Assembly (NCBI GenBank): GCA_051942205.1
Contig: JAVECO010000073.1
Coordinates: 1-64,000, forward strand
Length of the DNA: 64,000 bases
Direction: 5' to 3'
Source: Coniocarpon cinnabarinum
Taxonomy: Eukaryota
How positions within the stretch are numbered: the stretch's first letter is position 1; every line of letters begins with the position of its first letter. A program made the position numbers and the translations under genes. Positions 22,864 to 35,967 of this stretch are shown one piece after another. The notes below the pieces were generated by a model. That model saw only the letters and a list, made by a program, of their open reading frames with translations. It was not told the origin of the DNA and ran no database searches.

Positions 22864-25800
22864 ATGGCCTCTTCCACATACCTCCCTCCCCTCGACGACG
22901 ACGATCCTCCCCAGCCTGACTCGCCCTCTCTCCCTCCCTCGTCGGCCAAACGTCTCTCCTACCGACCGCCAGTCCCTCCCAAGGATCCCCATCAGTCACG
23001 CTCGCCTGTCGACTTACATCCCCCTCCGCAATACCGCCCACCGGCCTCTCCACGCTTTCACCAACGCAACTTCACCGACGACCACTATCAGCCTTCTACG
23101 TTCGCCTCTCCACGCGTTCCATCCCAGTTCTCCCCCACCCACGATCATTCGGGTTCGATAGATACCGCATTAAGGATCGGATACCATCCTCAATCGTTGA
23201 CGCCAGACCCCAATAACGATCAATCCTCCGACCGCGCCGTCTCTGTCCGGGACCTTGACTTGTATGGCTCGTTCTCGTGATGATAAGCTGCATCAGCAAA
23301 ACTGACACGTCGCCTGCAGATATCCTCGAGGTCATCCGGCCTATTCGCGTTCACCCTCACGCAAACGCGAAGACGATGACACTTACGAAGGCGTGACGCC
23401 GGGAGCAGCCGTATTCCCCGCCTCCAACCGACAGAGCGATCAATCTAGTTGTCAACGCCATTCACAGCTTTCACACCCCGCGTCCAACCGACACAGCGAT
23501 CAATCCAACTATCAACGCCGTTCACAACTTTCACACCCCGGGTCCAGCCGACACAGCGATCAATCCAATTATCAACGACAATTTTCACACCCCACGTCCA
23601 ACCGACGGAGCGATCAGTCCAACTACCAACGCCACTCGCAACTTTCACACCAATATTCTGAACCTTACGATCCCTACGACCACTACGCCGAACAATCGAG
23701 ATATTCCTTTTCTGAGTCCGATGATGATTACGACGGAGAGGTAGGAGAAGCTGTCGAATATCAAAGTGATAAGACTATGCCAGGCACGAAACCGACAGAT
23801 TTACGAGTCGACGTAAACCCACCCGAACCTTCACCGAGCTTTCCGCAACGCTCCACGTCTATCAAGCGGGGCGTGAAGAAGCTTCTCAATCCCAAATCAC
23901 CCTCTATCAAATCGCCTGACACGGGGAAGACCCCTGACACAGGCAAGTCCCCGGAGAAGAATTCGTTTTGGAGCTGGGGCAAACCACGACAGAACAGCAC
24001 CATGGAGTCGCCAAGTACACAATTTTCGGAGGGCACACCTATGTCTGCCGAGCAGCATCATGTTCCGCATCAGGTTTCACCTCTGGATGAGCGTCAAGAG
24101 GAGGACAACTACTTCGGATCCGAATTAGACACCTATTCTCAGAGATCGTCCTCACCGAATCCTTATGCTGTCAAAGAGGTCACAACGAATGTCACAGAGC
24201 TCTTGAAAGAGCTGCAGGTGGTCAGCGCTGAGTTGGCGGGGTCGATCCGCAGAGAGATGGAGCTCGAAGACGAGATCGACCGGATACAAGTGGACATGCC
24301 CAATGCTCCTATCAGTGAACTGACACGAAGGACGAGCGATTACTACTCGGATTCTGGAGCCAGCTCTGCCAAGTTGCCTCCCGCAGACCCAGACTTGAAG
24401 TTGCAGGGCCTGGAGAAAATGAGGCGCAAAGCAGAGCAAGAAAAGGCTCAGCTGCGTATTGACATGGCGCAAAAAGTGCAAGAAGACTTGAATCAGCGTC
24501 GCGCTCTTGAGATGCATGTTTCAACTCTAGAAGAGCAGCTACAAGCGGCAGGCGCGTCGCAGGATCTCGAAGCACAGCTGGAAGACTACAAGCGACGCCT
24601 GAGTGACGAAAAAGAGTCAAAGTCGAATTTCGATGACCTTCTCATTGGGATGCGGGAAGAGATCGAAGCTATGCGCAATGACCGTGACAATTTGCGAGAC
24701 GAGGTCGTGCCAAAGCTGAAGGCGCAGCTTGAAGGCATGGAATCGGAAACGTCGGAAGCGCAGAACCTCGTATACGAGAACGCACGCATGCAGCAAGAAC
24801 TTCAAAACCTCAAGAACGAGAACCAGACACTGCAAAACGCTCGCCGGCTCCAGTCCAGCTTCAGGACAATCAGCGAAGAAGGCGAAACAAGCCCCTCATC
24901 ACCGACTCTCTCACGATCCAACTCGTTAGCAAGATCTCGATCCACCCGCGGTCGCTCTGGCTCTATCTTGGAACGCAGTGACCCCAACACACCCGCTGAG
25001 TCCATGCCCGACCGTATTAAGAATGTCGAAGAACAGCGTGACGCCCTCCATCGCACCGTCAAGTCGCTGCTCCTTCGTCAAGAACAAACCTCGCGCAAGT
25101 TCAACAAGAAGACCACCGCCCTCGAGACCGAGCGCGACCGCGCTGTCGCAGGTCTACCCCGTCGTCAAGCCTTCCACGTTGAAGTGCAAAACCTCCGCTC
25201 GGAAATCAATCAACTCCGTCAACGCGCAGACGATGCACTGGAGGAGAAGCTCCGATGCGAAAAGGGATTGTCGGGTATCAAGATGGATCTCGATCGCGCA
25301 CAACAGGAGACGTCCTCCCTCCGTGAATTGCTCGAAGAACACGACATCCCCGCTCCCGTCTCATCATCGCATTCGCCCTCTGCATCCTCCGAATCCGTCG
25401 ACTCCCTTGACCTCGCCTATTCTGAACTCCGCCAAGCCCACGCCGAATCCCGTGGTGACCACGACGATGACAGCACCGCCAGTAGCGACGAGCGCATGGC
25501 GCAACTCGCCGCCCAAGTCTCAGAACAGCGCGCTTCGAACCGTGAACTGCATCAGCACCTCGCTGAGGCTATTGAACGCGGTGAAAGCGAACAGGCGGCC
25601 AGTGCATCCAAGATCAATGAGCTCCAAGCAGCGCTCCGATTGGCGGAGGACAAAGTCATGGCGGCTCAGTCGCTGTCTGAAGATGCGATGGCGGATAATG
25701 AGGACGCGGCGAGAGACGTTAAAGATACGCTCTCGTCGCAGTCACAGCGGTTAACGCCTTTAAACCGCTCGACGCTTCCAAGTCCTTCATCAGCTGGCCT

Positions 25801-26170
25801 CACGTTGGCGCTACCCTCTCTCTCGCCATCAATGAAGCCCTCCCCCTCCCCCTCGAATCTCAATCCCAATCCCAACACACCGACCTCAGCAGCGCTCTTC
25901 TCCCCGCGCAGTCCCAATCTACACAAAACGACATCAGGACCCGGGAATAGCATCAAAGACGCATCCCAGACTCTGGCGCTTGAAAAACGAATCCGTGAAC
26001 TGGAAGAGGCAGCTGTGACCGCAGAACGAGAAATGCAAGGAGTGGTCGAGCAGATGAATCGCGCGCAGATTGAGGTTGGAGAATTGCAGATGGAGAGAGA
26101 TGAGGCGGAGAAAGGGAGGGAGATGTTGAAGAGGCGGATCCATGAGGAGAGGGAACGGGTGGGGCGGTGA
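22864..26170 (+). CDS. large fungal coiled-coil protein with disordered N-terminus; join(22864..23261,23320..26170)
   Basis: Long heptad-rich C-terminal half (ELAGSIRREMELEDE, RDNLRDEVVPKLK, CEKGLSGIKMDLDRA); intron GTATGG...CTGAC...CAG joins the frames. Confidence 0.85.
23416..23650 (+). repeat. coding minisatellite, four units of 60 nt (third is 54 nt), consensus HPASNRHSDQSNYQRHSQLS
   Basis: Visible at both DNA and protein level. Confidence 0.92.
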
Positions 26171-27821
26171 TTACGATTGCACTCGTATTCTTATCTACGA
26201 GGCCGAGAAGTGCTCTTAGGTTGTGATGGTGATCGATTGAGGTTAAGAAGAGGGGCTGAGAAGGGGACAGTGACTTGGAAAGTGAGTGAGGTTTGGAGAA
26301 CTTAGCGTGGCGTTGGGGAGGTATTACTATTACTTTACACTTTGGATTCATACAGCACATGGGAAGGAAGTCAGCGAGGAGGATGGGCCATCGGATGCGC
26401 CAACGGATGGATTGACGGAGGGAGGAATGATTGAAGCAAGCAAAGATTGAATGATACCCCCCCTTTTGAAAGGGATTGGATTCACGAACAAGAGACAGCA
26501 TTGGACATGTCATTCTATTCACGATTCTGATGAGGAAACAGACGAGGAAGTCTTGTCAGATATATATGCCAGAGGCACGAGATGGAGCTAGATGTATTAA
26601 TATCATTACCATTCTGAACAACATTCTGTACAACATGCTACCCAGCATTTTAATAATTTGTAGACAACACTCAACAGCACCTCTGCACATCGTCTTCAGC
26701 TCCGTCTTGAAAATATCTTTAGATCATCCAACTCGCGCTCTTCTGTTTTCCACCTTTCATTTCGCATGGCATTGCCATGTTAGATCCTCCACCTTTTCTT
26801 TGCTTTTAAAAACAACACCCTACACTTACTCCGTATCCAGACTCAGAACGCAATGTCATATGATATGTCTACTACTTTGATATCTGACAAGTCCTTTGCT
26901 TCGCTTGCCTACTATCATACCACTATACTGTCTCAGTTGTGTAGTCAGATGCTTACACAATTCTCTTTGTACTTCCTTGCTGACAAGGAAAGTCGACAAG
27001 GAAAGTCGTTCAAAATTAGAGGGCGCTTGAGACGAGTCTTGTTCTGTCTCGTTCTTGTCTTGTTCTGTCCTGTTCTCTGTCTCGGCCATGGATCAACGAA
27101 ACTGTCATAATCCCAACACTTGCTTCAGTCCGTGATAGAACTGTAGAAGCTGTTGTCAGATCGATCATAGGGATGGATATTCACCGGCGTTTATCCCTGA
27201 CTTGCTATATGAGTGGGATGAGTGGAATGAGTGGGCTATTGGCATAGAAAAGTTAGTGTCTAATGAGGAGAGGAATCAAGAGGGAGAGGAATCAAGAGGG
27301 GGACAAGCGAGAAAGGCAAGAAGCGTGGGTGATGGCGATACGTGGTCTAGTGCGTGGTCTGCGTGGTTTGGTCAGTGAGTGAGTGGCACGGACACCTGTC
27401 ACGGATTAATAACCAGAATAGGGAGAGAACCAGAATAGGGAGAGAAACAGAGATGGGGAAAGGAACGAGAAATGCACTATAGATGGCGTCACCTCGAGAC
27501 TGTCTTGCTGGAGCTTTGAAAGCTGCTGAGAATCACTTTTAAACAGCCAAGTCTTGAATACGCCGCCGACCGTCCGATCATGCCATGTGTACTGCCTCAC
27601 CTCCACAAACTTGCTCGTCAGCTGTACGCAACCACCTTTTCTACGCGTTTACGCATGTCACTGTGTTGAAAGACCATCTGTCCCTCATTCTGTCCTTGCA
27701 TGACACCTTTAGAAGCCACAAATCCCTTATTGCGTCTGCTTGTCTCCTTTGAAATCCTCGTGATTGATCCCATGATGCTAGTCTTCCTAGAAAACGCCGG
27801 TGATACATGTCGCCGGATCTT

Positions 27822-29317
27822 CTATGTATGGCGAATGATTCCACCTTTGAACTCCGAACAGTCTTTTGTGCATGGCATATTATCACGGCTGTTTTCACAC
27901 AGATAGACATAAGCCTGCCTTCGCACCTCACCTGTAGACCATTCATGCGTAATCCATTCCCTTCGGCATCGGCAGTTAGCAATCTTTGGCTGCATGAGCA
28001 GCCAATACCACATGACCCTCGTGAAGTCACCAGGCACATCGACGCTGTGCTCCGAGCCCCTCCCGCTTGAGAACGAACAGGCGTCCACTGCCTTGCCATC
28101 ATCGCTTGTCTCTGCTACAAACCCGTGTTGTAATTGAACCGAGCTGACCTTGATCTCAGATGTATGGTAATGTAGTCCACAAGACGGACTGGAGATTCAA
28201 AAGTCAGCAGACTTGTCGGGACGAGCTTTGTTCAGAGAGGCAGACGCACCATTCGTTAGATCCGCGAGTCTCTGCAGGCGCCTCCATTAGACATGCAGGA
28301 CAGTGTTGACGACTCGGTACCACGGGGCAAGAGCCTGAAAACACCATTGCCATTTCAAGATGCCGTCTCGGTTTCACAGACCCATCCCATGGGCGCTCGC
28401 GACTGAGCTCGAAGCCTGTTTGACTGTCTTGAAGGACAAACTGCTTGTTTAGGATCTTGCGATGTCCCTTGTGATGCCGAAAGCGGGCCTCAATAGCAGC
28501 GTCGAAGACTTCCCACGAGTTGATGAACTGCAAGTGCATGGGAGCGGTCCTTCCGAGAGCGTCGGTAAGCGTAAAGGTTCCTTGACTGAAAGTAAGTTCA
28601 GACGTAAGCAAGGTCATCTTGGTATTCATGGACAACAAGATGTTGTACATCTGGAATGAGAAGCGCTGTATGGTCGTCATCCTATGCATCAGCTCGAATC
28701 CAAAGTCTCGTGGCCATGTCGCCCAAGAAGCGCTGAGGGCGTTGGCCAAGAGTATCCGAGTACGACTTGTCAGGTCGAGAGATCGATTGATGCGTGTGAG
28801 TACCATTCGTAGAAGGCTTTCTTGCGTTTGACTTGTCGATCGGACCCCGTGTTTCCGCATGGCTAATTTCGTTGACAGTGATGTACCACACTTCAAGCAT
28901 TGTCTGCATAGAGACTGCATGAGCAAGGATTTCCGTGCGGAAACGCTCGACGTCCCCCGCTTCAAAAAATTTCCATCGCATCTTCTTTGCCGCATCCTGT
29001 AGTAGAACACCAGATCTTCCTGGTTTGAGGGAGCGCTGATATTTTCGAATCTTGCCAAAAAATTGCTCTACCAACTCTTCGCAGTTGCTAGCGGTCCTAC
29101 TAATCGATACTCGGAGCGCATCAAGACTGGGTGAGACGTCATGTCTTTTGGTCACGTCATCGACATGCTTTAACACGTCTGTCAGAGATTGTAGATGTTG
29201 TACAAGCTGATGAAAGTCATGAGAAGAGCCTTGGGCGTCTTTGAGGGCGTCAATGAGTTCCTTGGCAAGCTGTGCAACGGCAATGATATCGCCAACAGAC
29301 GCAACGGCAATGACCAT
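27822..29317 (-). CDS. fungal protein with HeLo-like (STAND N-terminal type) domain, ubiquitin-like domain and CxxC..CxxC Zn ribbon; junction between N- and C-terminal frames unresolved
   Basis: N-terminus SVGDIIAVAQLAKELIDALKDAQGS..F..L...L; second frame FTLTDALGR..PMHLQFINSWEVF....RF...GHRKI...F.L...W...VKP...L.MAMVF; 61-nt intron 28189-28249 yields CPAC...ECPSCG. The 3' end is uncertain. Confidence 0.7.
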
Positions 29318-30113
29318 GGTGATTGAGCTGAATCTTTAGAAGTGTATCGCTGTGCAAGAAAGCAACTAGAGCAATTCCGAGACCTGAAAACTCTGACATC
29401 TTGCGTCCGGTTGCCTCGAAGGTCGTGCTACCAGTTTTGCCGCCGTGTCACCAATGTCACCTGTCGAAGAGGCAGGGCTAGTCGCTTGCAGCTGATGTAC
29501 CTGTGTGCAAGTCGAGCCGCTGCAAAGATACGGCGAAGCGCTGATCTTCTCGACAATGATCACGCTTTTTGCTATTTTGCCTTTTGGCTAATTATAGCGA
29601 GGTAATTGTGTAAGTGTCCAGCCGAGGGACGGAGCATCGGGCTAATGTTAAAGTGACCTGTGAAGACGATGCCACGGCCGACTGCAGCCATGACCCTTGC
29701 CAACTGATGAGGCTTTGTGTGAAGCCATCCTCAAAAATGCGTTCAAGTCGCAGAAGCGCCATTAGAGCGCATAATCCCCATTTCGCGAATGTCTGTCTTC
29801 TTCTCAACTGGGACTTCTTACCCATCTAACGACCTTGGACCGTAAGTGGCATGGAATCGTTCGAGTGTAGCCACGCACTGAAGGGTAATTGTCATACCTG
29901 TGACGCGTACTACAGTCTGCAACGCTCGAGCGAAACTTACATAAAGCATCATGGATGACAACAAAGCAAATCTAAAAGCAGAGTGAGCACAGTTGAGATG
30001 TCACGCTTTCAACAAGGCGCCCAAGAAATGTAGGAAGGAAGGAGCGACGCTGCGAAGCTAGTGCAGCGCCTGCCTACCATTTCAGACAGGAGCTGCTGAA
30101 ACTATTGGGCGTT

Positions 30114-30518
30114 TCAGTGAATGGCATAGTCGTCAGAATCGTCAACATCCTCGGTTTCCTTTGACTCAGTCACATCAAGTAGTGGAATCCTTGAGCGAGC
30201 TGGCTTCGGAACATTTGGCTGAGGCATCGCGGATCCCTCTTGAAAGTCGTAAAACCACACGTCCTCTTCGGTAGGTCGGGCGCGGCGCACACGAGTGTCA
30301 ATAGGCTCTTCTTCGCTAGTGTGATCACGCAAATCCTTGTCCTCATATTCGCTGTCTTCCTTATCGTCTCGGACCCTCTTGCGTCCTCTGCACTGCTGTG
30401 TCTCAGTCTGAGGAGCTTTTCGAAGTCGTTGACCTCCGTAGTATATATCCTCGTAAAACATGAGCTCGTGCGGCCAAAACATGTCGTTGAACCTCGTTGA
30501 CAGTCGGCCGCTGAACAC
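30114..30518 (-). CDS. hypothetical protein, probably the last exon of a spliced gene
   Basis: 134-aa ORF with charged, acidic C-terminus and NLS-like RGRKRVR; no ATG start or upstream exons resolved. Confidence 0.3.
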   Translation of the reverse strand: MFSGRLSTRFNDMFWPHELMFYEDIYYGGQRLRKAPQTETQQCRGRKRVRDDKEDSEYEDKDLRDHTSEEEPIDTRVRRARPTEEDVWFYDFQEGSAMPQPNVPKPARSRIPLLDVTESKETEDVDDSDDYAIH

Positions 30519-31381
30519 TCATATTACAGTGTTTGATGTGGTCCTCGGCGTATCTGTTTGCCTGTGCTTTGAGCTAGTCAAGGTATGTCACGGGAAGAGC
30601 GAGTCATGCTGGGAATCCCTCTCGCGTCAAGCACATCCTTCTGATCCTATCAACCACGGTTCCATCGAAAATCACATTCTGAGTGCGACCCTGAGGTTCG
30701 GGTTCGGGCCACTTCGCTGTCTCAGTTTGTGAATGCTGCGCTTGACCCTTTTGCACTTGGACAGGTGTCTTCTGGGGCATCAAGAATCTATAAAGTGCCT
30801 CACTTTAGTTCCACAAGCGAACACAATCCGGCGATAAAGGTTCTTGGGGCGAGTCTTCATCCGATCCAATTGTGAGACCCGGTGGAAGATTGGGTACCAG
30901 CGTGTGAAGCTTGGTCCACGTTGCCAGATGACCAGCCGCATGATCTACCAAGGTACGCGCCGTGCGTGAAATACTTCAAAGATTCTCAATCTGTCATAAA
31001 AGAGATAAGAGTGCCTCTTCTACAACTCGAAGAAATTTTGTGTGTTATTTTTTTCCCCCGATCAAAGGAGAAGCTGGGCATGCTGTTACAGAGATACCCA
31101 GCCATGACTTAGAGCACAGTAATGGTATGAATTTCTTTCATCCATGTAGTGATATCAGACAAGCTCTGGGGTCGACGTACGAAACCTTCTCGTCAGGGAA
31201 CCGATTGCATGACTCCGTGGTTGCCGACTCCGACACATCCGAGAGCGCGTACCTCTTTTACGCTACACGTAGTTACCACGTGTGCCAGCGGTTTCTTTGA
31301 CTGCTAAAGCTTGAGCGTTCATGAACCGCGTTATTCAGCGTATTCGGAGACATGACACGTCTCAATCTCGGTCTGTATGCA

Positions 31382-31387
31382 TATAAA
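31382..31387 (+). promoter_or_regulatory. TATA box of the small spliced gene at 31489
   Basis: TATAAA about 105 nt upstream of the ATG, followed by a CAA-rich leader. Confidence 0.55.
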
Positions 31388-31488
31388 TCCATCCTGTCTT
31401 GAGGGTTTTCAAGTCTACTACAATTCTACAACAGCACCAACAACTCTTTTCTTAAATCTGAAAACTCAGAAACGCATCAAATCAAACT

Positions 31489-31739
31489 ATGCCAATCTCC
31501 GGTAATCCCTCTTCGATGGGGTGGATAGGATCGGCGTTCCACCGTAAGTCAGCACCCCCGTGTTATTGCAAGCATTCACACTCACCCTCATAGTCGGAGA
31601 AAAGAAACGCGACGAGGAGAAGAAGGATGGGGACAAAAAAGGCGGCAACAGCGGCAGCTCTAAGGACAGCAAAGGTCAAGAAGAGAAATCGGGCAACAAA
31701 GGCGGCAATGGTGGACAGTCGGGGAACACGGGTAAATGA
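31489..31739 (+). CDS. 66-aa Gly/Lys/Glu-rich hydrophilin-like small protein; join(31489..31543,31594..31739)
   Basis: Perfect GTAAGT donor, CTCAC branch and TAG acceptor (50-nt intron); 201-nt spliced frame MPISGNPSSMGWIGSAFHLGEKKRDEEKKDGDKKGGNSGSSKDSKGQEEKSGNKGGNGGQSGNTGK; TATA upstream. Confidence 0.75.
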
Positions 31740-32477
31740 ACAATCAGCTGCGTGGGTCAATTGTGAGTGAGCTGAAAGGAGGCACATCTTGGGCACGCCC
31801 TTCACTGCCGGCAGTGAGACCATAGCCACTTGCATTTGAATCATGGCATGAGCCCAAGAGATGTTTCTCGTCTCTCAAGTCTGGAGTTGTCTCTCGGGTG
31901 CCCTTGTATAGCAGCCCAAACAGGGCTAGGCCTCCTCGCTTCCCTGTACACCTCTCTCGCATGACATGGCTTGAGATGTCGGCGGCTGCTCTGTGATGAA
32001 CATTTCCCATTACGCTTGATCATCTCAGATGAAGCACGGAAAGCTAGACAAGCAAGTCAAAACTACGCCCGCGCAGATCAAATGGAAGGTAAGGTTTTGT
32101 TTTAGCCAACCGGATCGAGCTTAGTGCCGTCAGGGGTCGAGCTTAGTAGCAGTCTTTGTTCTGGATCATGTCAGTAGGCTTCCTTCAAAAAGCAGAACCT
32201 ATTAATGGTTCGGGAGCAGAGCTCATCATTTAAACATGGCAATTAAGACAAGGGTGGTGGGAAAACCCGCTGTCGGTGGATGAATCCAACAGATTATCAA
32301 CAGAATCTCGACATCCACCAGAGCCACCTACCCAAGTAGGCACGCTGCAACGTGGGACTCGATCATTATGCGGAAGTACAAATGATGGCCTTTGATCGTA
32401 CACATAGCTTCATGCACCTCATTATTCGACCCCAATTTTGTCCACATGCAAAGTGCGCAAACATGCAAATTAATCCT

Positions 32478-33324
32478 TTACAACGCGAAGAGACCAGCCA
32501 CAGCAGCCGCACCAGCAAGACCCATGCCGAAAGCGGCGGATTGAGCTGGAACGGCACCGGCGCTGGAGCTGGATGAACCACCTGAACCACCTGCGCGGGA
32601 GGCGCTAGCACCGTTGCTACCGGAGTTTGAGCCGCCAGTGGCGGAGGCGCCATTGCCGTTGGAAGCTCCGCCGTTAGAGGAGAGTGGCGTTGGTGGGCTG
32701 TAGGCATTGCCAGTGCCCGTGCCGTAGCCAGCGACTCCGGCGCCGGTACCGTTGGTGCCGTAGGGCATGGACATGCCCATGGATGCAGGTGGAGGAGTGG
32801 GGTAGACACCCCCAGCGGTGGAGGCCGCCGAGACAGCGCTGGAGACCGCAGAGGATGCGTCAGGGACGCCAGAGGCATAGGCGGTGGCAAGATAGGTCTT
32901 GATGTCTCCGGGGAGAGATGAGTACTGACGGGTCGTTAGCAGAGCTACTGTAGCTGGGCGTCTCTTCGAGGCAGACTTACCCATCCTGGGGTTTGGCCAG
33001 CAGCAATCTGGGAGGCGATGGTGGCGGAGCTGTGATGACAGTCAGCAGCATAACAGATGACGTGCGTCAGATGTAACCTACAGAGCACCAGGGTTGGTGA
33101 TGCCGACCTGGAGAAGAGAGGTGGGGAGAGCAGTCTCGATCACCATAAAGGCAGAGGCTCTGCGATCGATGTGTCAGTACGGCCGATCGGTTCGTCTACA
33201 GGAAGGGCGAGAGTGCAACACACGTGTCGAAAGCACCGCTTTGCCTCTTTGCGAGGTCGGGGGCAGCAGCAGCAGCAGCAGCAGCGCAGGCCGCGAAAGC
33301 ACCAATGGCGACGGTGGACTTCAT
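32478..33324 (-). CDS. secreted, probably GPI-anchored Ser/Gly/Ala-rich cell-wall protein; join(33324..33224,33159..33082,33029..32981,32924..32478)
   Basis: Signal peptide MKSTVAIGAFAACAAAA, KR Kex2-type site, TPGWYSSLPGDIKTYL motif restored by three introns, hydrophobic C-terminal GPI signal AFGMGLAGAAAVAGLFAL. Confidence 0.9.
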
Positions 33325-33933
33325 CTTGACTTGATCAACAGCGACTGGAAAGACAGTAACGAGCGTGATGCGACTGTGCAGCGGCGTTGCGGGCGGCGAG
33401 AGCAAGTCTGAATGCAAGTGACTGGGATGCTGAACAGTGGACGAGAAAGAAGATGAAGATGAGACAAGCACACGGGCGGCGGGATGCTTTAATGGGCGTG
33501 GGCGGCTAAGTAGGCAACGAGCAACGAGGGCGCGAAGCTTGGAAAAGAATGCGCTCGAGAGGGCAAGGACGGAGTCTCCACCGAGCGGCGCTAGCGTCAG
33601 CTTCGGGCCTAGCGCGACCCCCCGCCCGACCTGGATCTCTGCTAGCCCTGCGCAACGCCTCCACTCCTCCACTCACCTCTCGCTGTCCCCCAGCAGATTC
33701 TCGCATCCTGCACCCACCCAATCACCACGCCCCCTCTCTACGCGCCATTCCGTGGCTCGACACTCGACTCCGCCCTGCAGCCAAACCCCTCAATGGCTGC
33801 TGCTATTTCGGGCTGCTTGTAGGCAGGCTTGGCTTGCGCAGGCGAGGTCCACGTCAACGCTCGACACGCCATCCGAGTTCACAGCCATCACTACTTTATT
33901 CAATTTTTTGTTACCTGTCTTGTACACAATCTG

Positions 33934-35319
33934 CTATCGAGCCTCGCCCAGCCCTCGGGGTTTGCTCGACATGCTGTCCCGTGTAGGCAGCGACGCGTAG
34001 CCCTCTGCTTCCCGCCGACTTGCTGGACCTGAGTCGCGTCCGTCTGATGAAACTGGGCCCGACTCAGCCTGTCTATCCACCATCCGGTGGGGCAGCACTG
34101 CCATCTCCAAATCCTCGCTCCCTCTTGCCGGCAAGTCCTCTGCACTGACCCATCCTGTCGATCCCACGCCGATGGCAAATGCTTTCCGCGGACTTCGCGG
34201 TCCCCATGCCCAGCCTGACCCTCTGCTTAATGGCATATGGTAGAGACGAAACGAGAACCACGCCGTGAATGCACCAATGACCGCACCTGAGATGATGTCA
34301 AACCCGTGATGTCGATAGTCGAAGAAGCGAGTAGCCGAAATGTAGCACGCCACCCCAATCGGTACCAGAAGCATAATGAGCAGATAGAGCGGAGGCGCAG
34401 CGGCCTCGTTGCGACGACCGTAGCTAGGAGTTGTCCGAGCGTCGCGGTCTTTCGATGATGCATTTGATTGCACATCCTGCTCGCGCTTTTGGAGAGCTGA
34501 GCTGGATGTGGATGGATTAGTGGTATTGCTGGTCGCAAGTGGAAGATGAGGAAAGACCATGGCGAACTTTGCGCAGAGGTACAATGATAGATATACCAGT
34601 CCAGACCAAGCCGCTGTAATTTGGTCAGTGTCGTTGTTCCTAAGTCATGGCAGAGAAAAATCTTACTTGATGAGTGGCCGCTTGGGAAGCTTCTGAATCC
34701 ATCTTTGAGCGCACCTGGATTCGTTTGCGTGCAAATCCCAACGTCCACCAGTACCCAGTACGAGGTGTATCCCGAAGCAAAGCTGCTCACAGCCTGCTGC
34801 TGAATAGCTGCGCCAGATAAGTCCGGCTGGCAGCGTGCCAACATGTTCGGCCTCGGCTTCCCGACCGCATTCTTCAGTCCGGTGGTAATGACGAGCGCTA
34901 CCATCTCACTGAGTCCTAGCCCTAGCCATCCCGTATTCCATTCCCAAATCTTTTGTCGAATCAAGAGACCAATGGGAACATTCTTCGAGGCCGCTGGACC
35001 GGGCACAAGCAGTATTGCCACCAAGAAGATGATAACGCCAGGACCAATGATCGAAGCGAGCACAAGGCTGGTAGTGGAAATGAGTTCGTCTTTATATGGA
35101 TAGGCGATGCTAAGGTCGAGGAGCGAGAAGGCGTGGTAATTAGGATTAACTTTGTTGAGACCGTAAGTAAGGAAACCAAGCGCTCTAGATGTGGCAAGCT
35201 GTCAGCGAGTATCTTTCGTGGAAATCATTGGAGTAAACCAACAATAAGACTATCCAGTCAGCAATATAAGATGCTACCAATCTCTTTGACAAACGTCCGA
35301 AGCCGCCAGGGAGTTGCAT
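33934..35319 (-). CDS. PAP2-family lipid phosphate phosphatase (Dpp1/Lpp1-like); join(35319..35243,35184..34667,34613..33934)
   Basis: Catalytic motifs KNAVGKPRP, SFPSGHSS and TRFFDYRHHGFD; several TM helices; N-terminal SYIADW; two introns. Confidence 0.93.
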
Positions 35320-35967
35320 AGTTGACGTCGCCCTTAGCGATATTCAATCCAAAAGGTTGCGGAATAATGATATATGACCGTGACCATACTCTGAAAGCGG
35401 AGCCAAGGAGTGGACGGAGGATGGCGACGCAGCCTTTGAATCATCCTACATGCTCTCTCCAAGTCGAGGCAGAGAAGAAGGCGCAGAATGATGGTACATT
35501 GCCTGGCCTTTGTGGCTTCATTGGCGCCAAGGGCCGGAGACAGACGAAATGGCAGCGAGGCCACGTTGCTGGCGTAAGACACAGCCCCTCGCACTTCTGC
35601 GCCAAGCTGGTTGCGAACGTTGAATTGTTATTCCCCTCCGCAGACTGAAGCATCAAGCCTCTCTTAGCCATACGTGGCCTGCGTGGCAGAAAGTTGCTTG
35701 TCGACCAGGGAAACAAAGGCTAAGGCAGGGAAGTGCTCGCGTGCCCTTCCCCACACACCGGCGTCTTGTGGCGTTGACCACCTGAGTCAGCGTGCCCTGC
35801 TCCATCACTACGCTGGTCCTCTTACTCTGCAGATATCAGAAATTCCGTGCTTCCAGTGGACGAATTCTTTCAGCATTCAGTCGTATCTCATTACAGCCGT
35901 ACAAGCATGCAAGCATTTCAACCTGGAAATCGTGATCTACATAACCCGACGCCGTCTCAAGGTCCTG

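Noticed and set aside
23416..23650. Regularly spaced repeat considered as a CRISPR-like array
   Set aside because: No unique spacers; it is an in-frame coding minisatellite in a eukaryotic gene.
27040..27450. Short tandem duplications (TGTTCT-like, GAGAGGAATCAAGAGG x2, AACCAGAATAGGGAGAG x2)
   Set aside because: Ordinary slippage repeats in intergenic DNA with no further structure.
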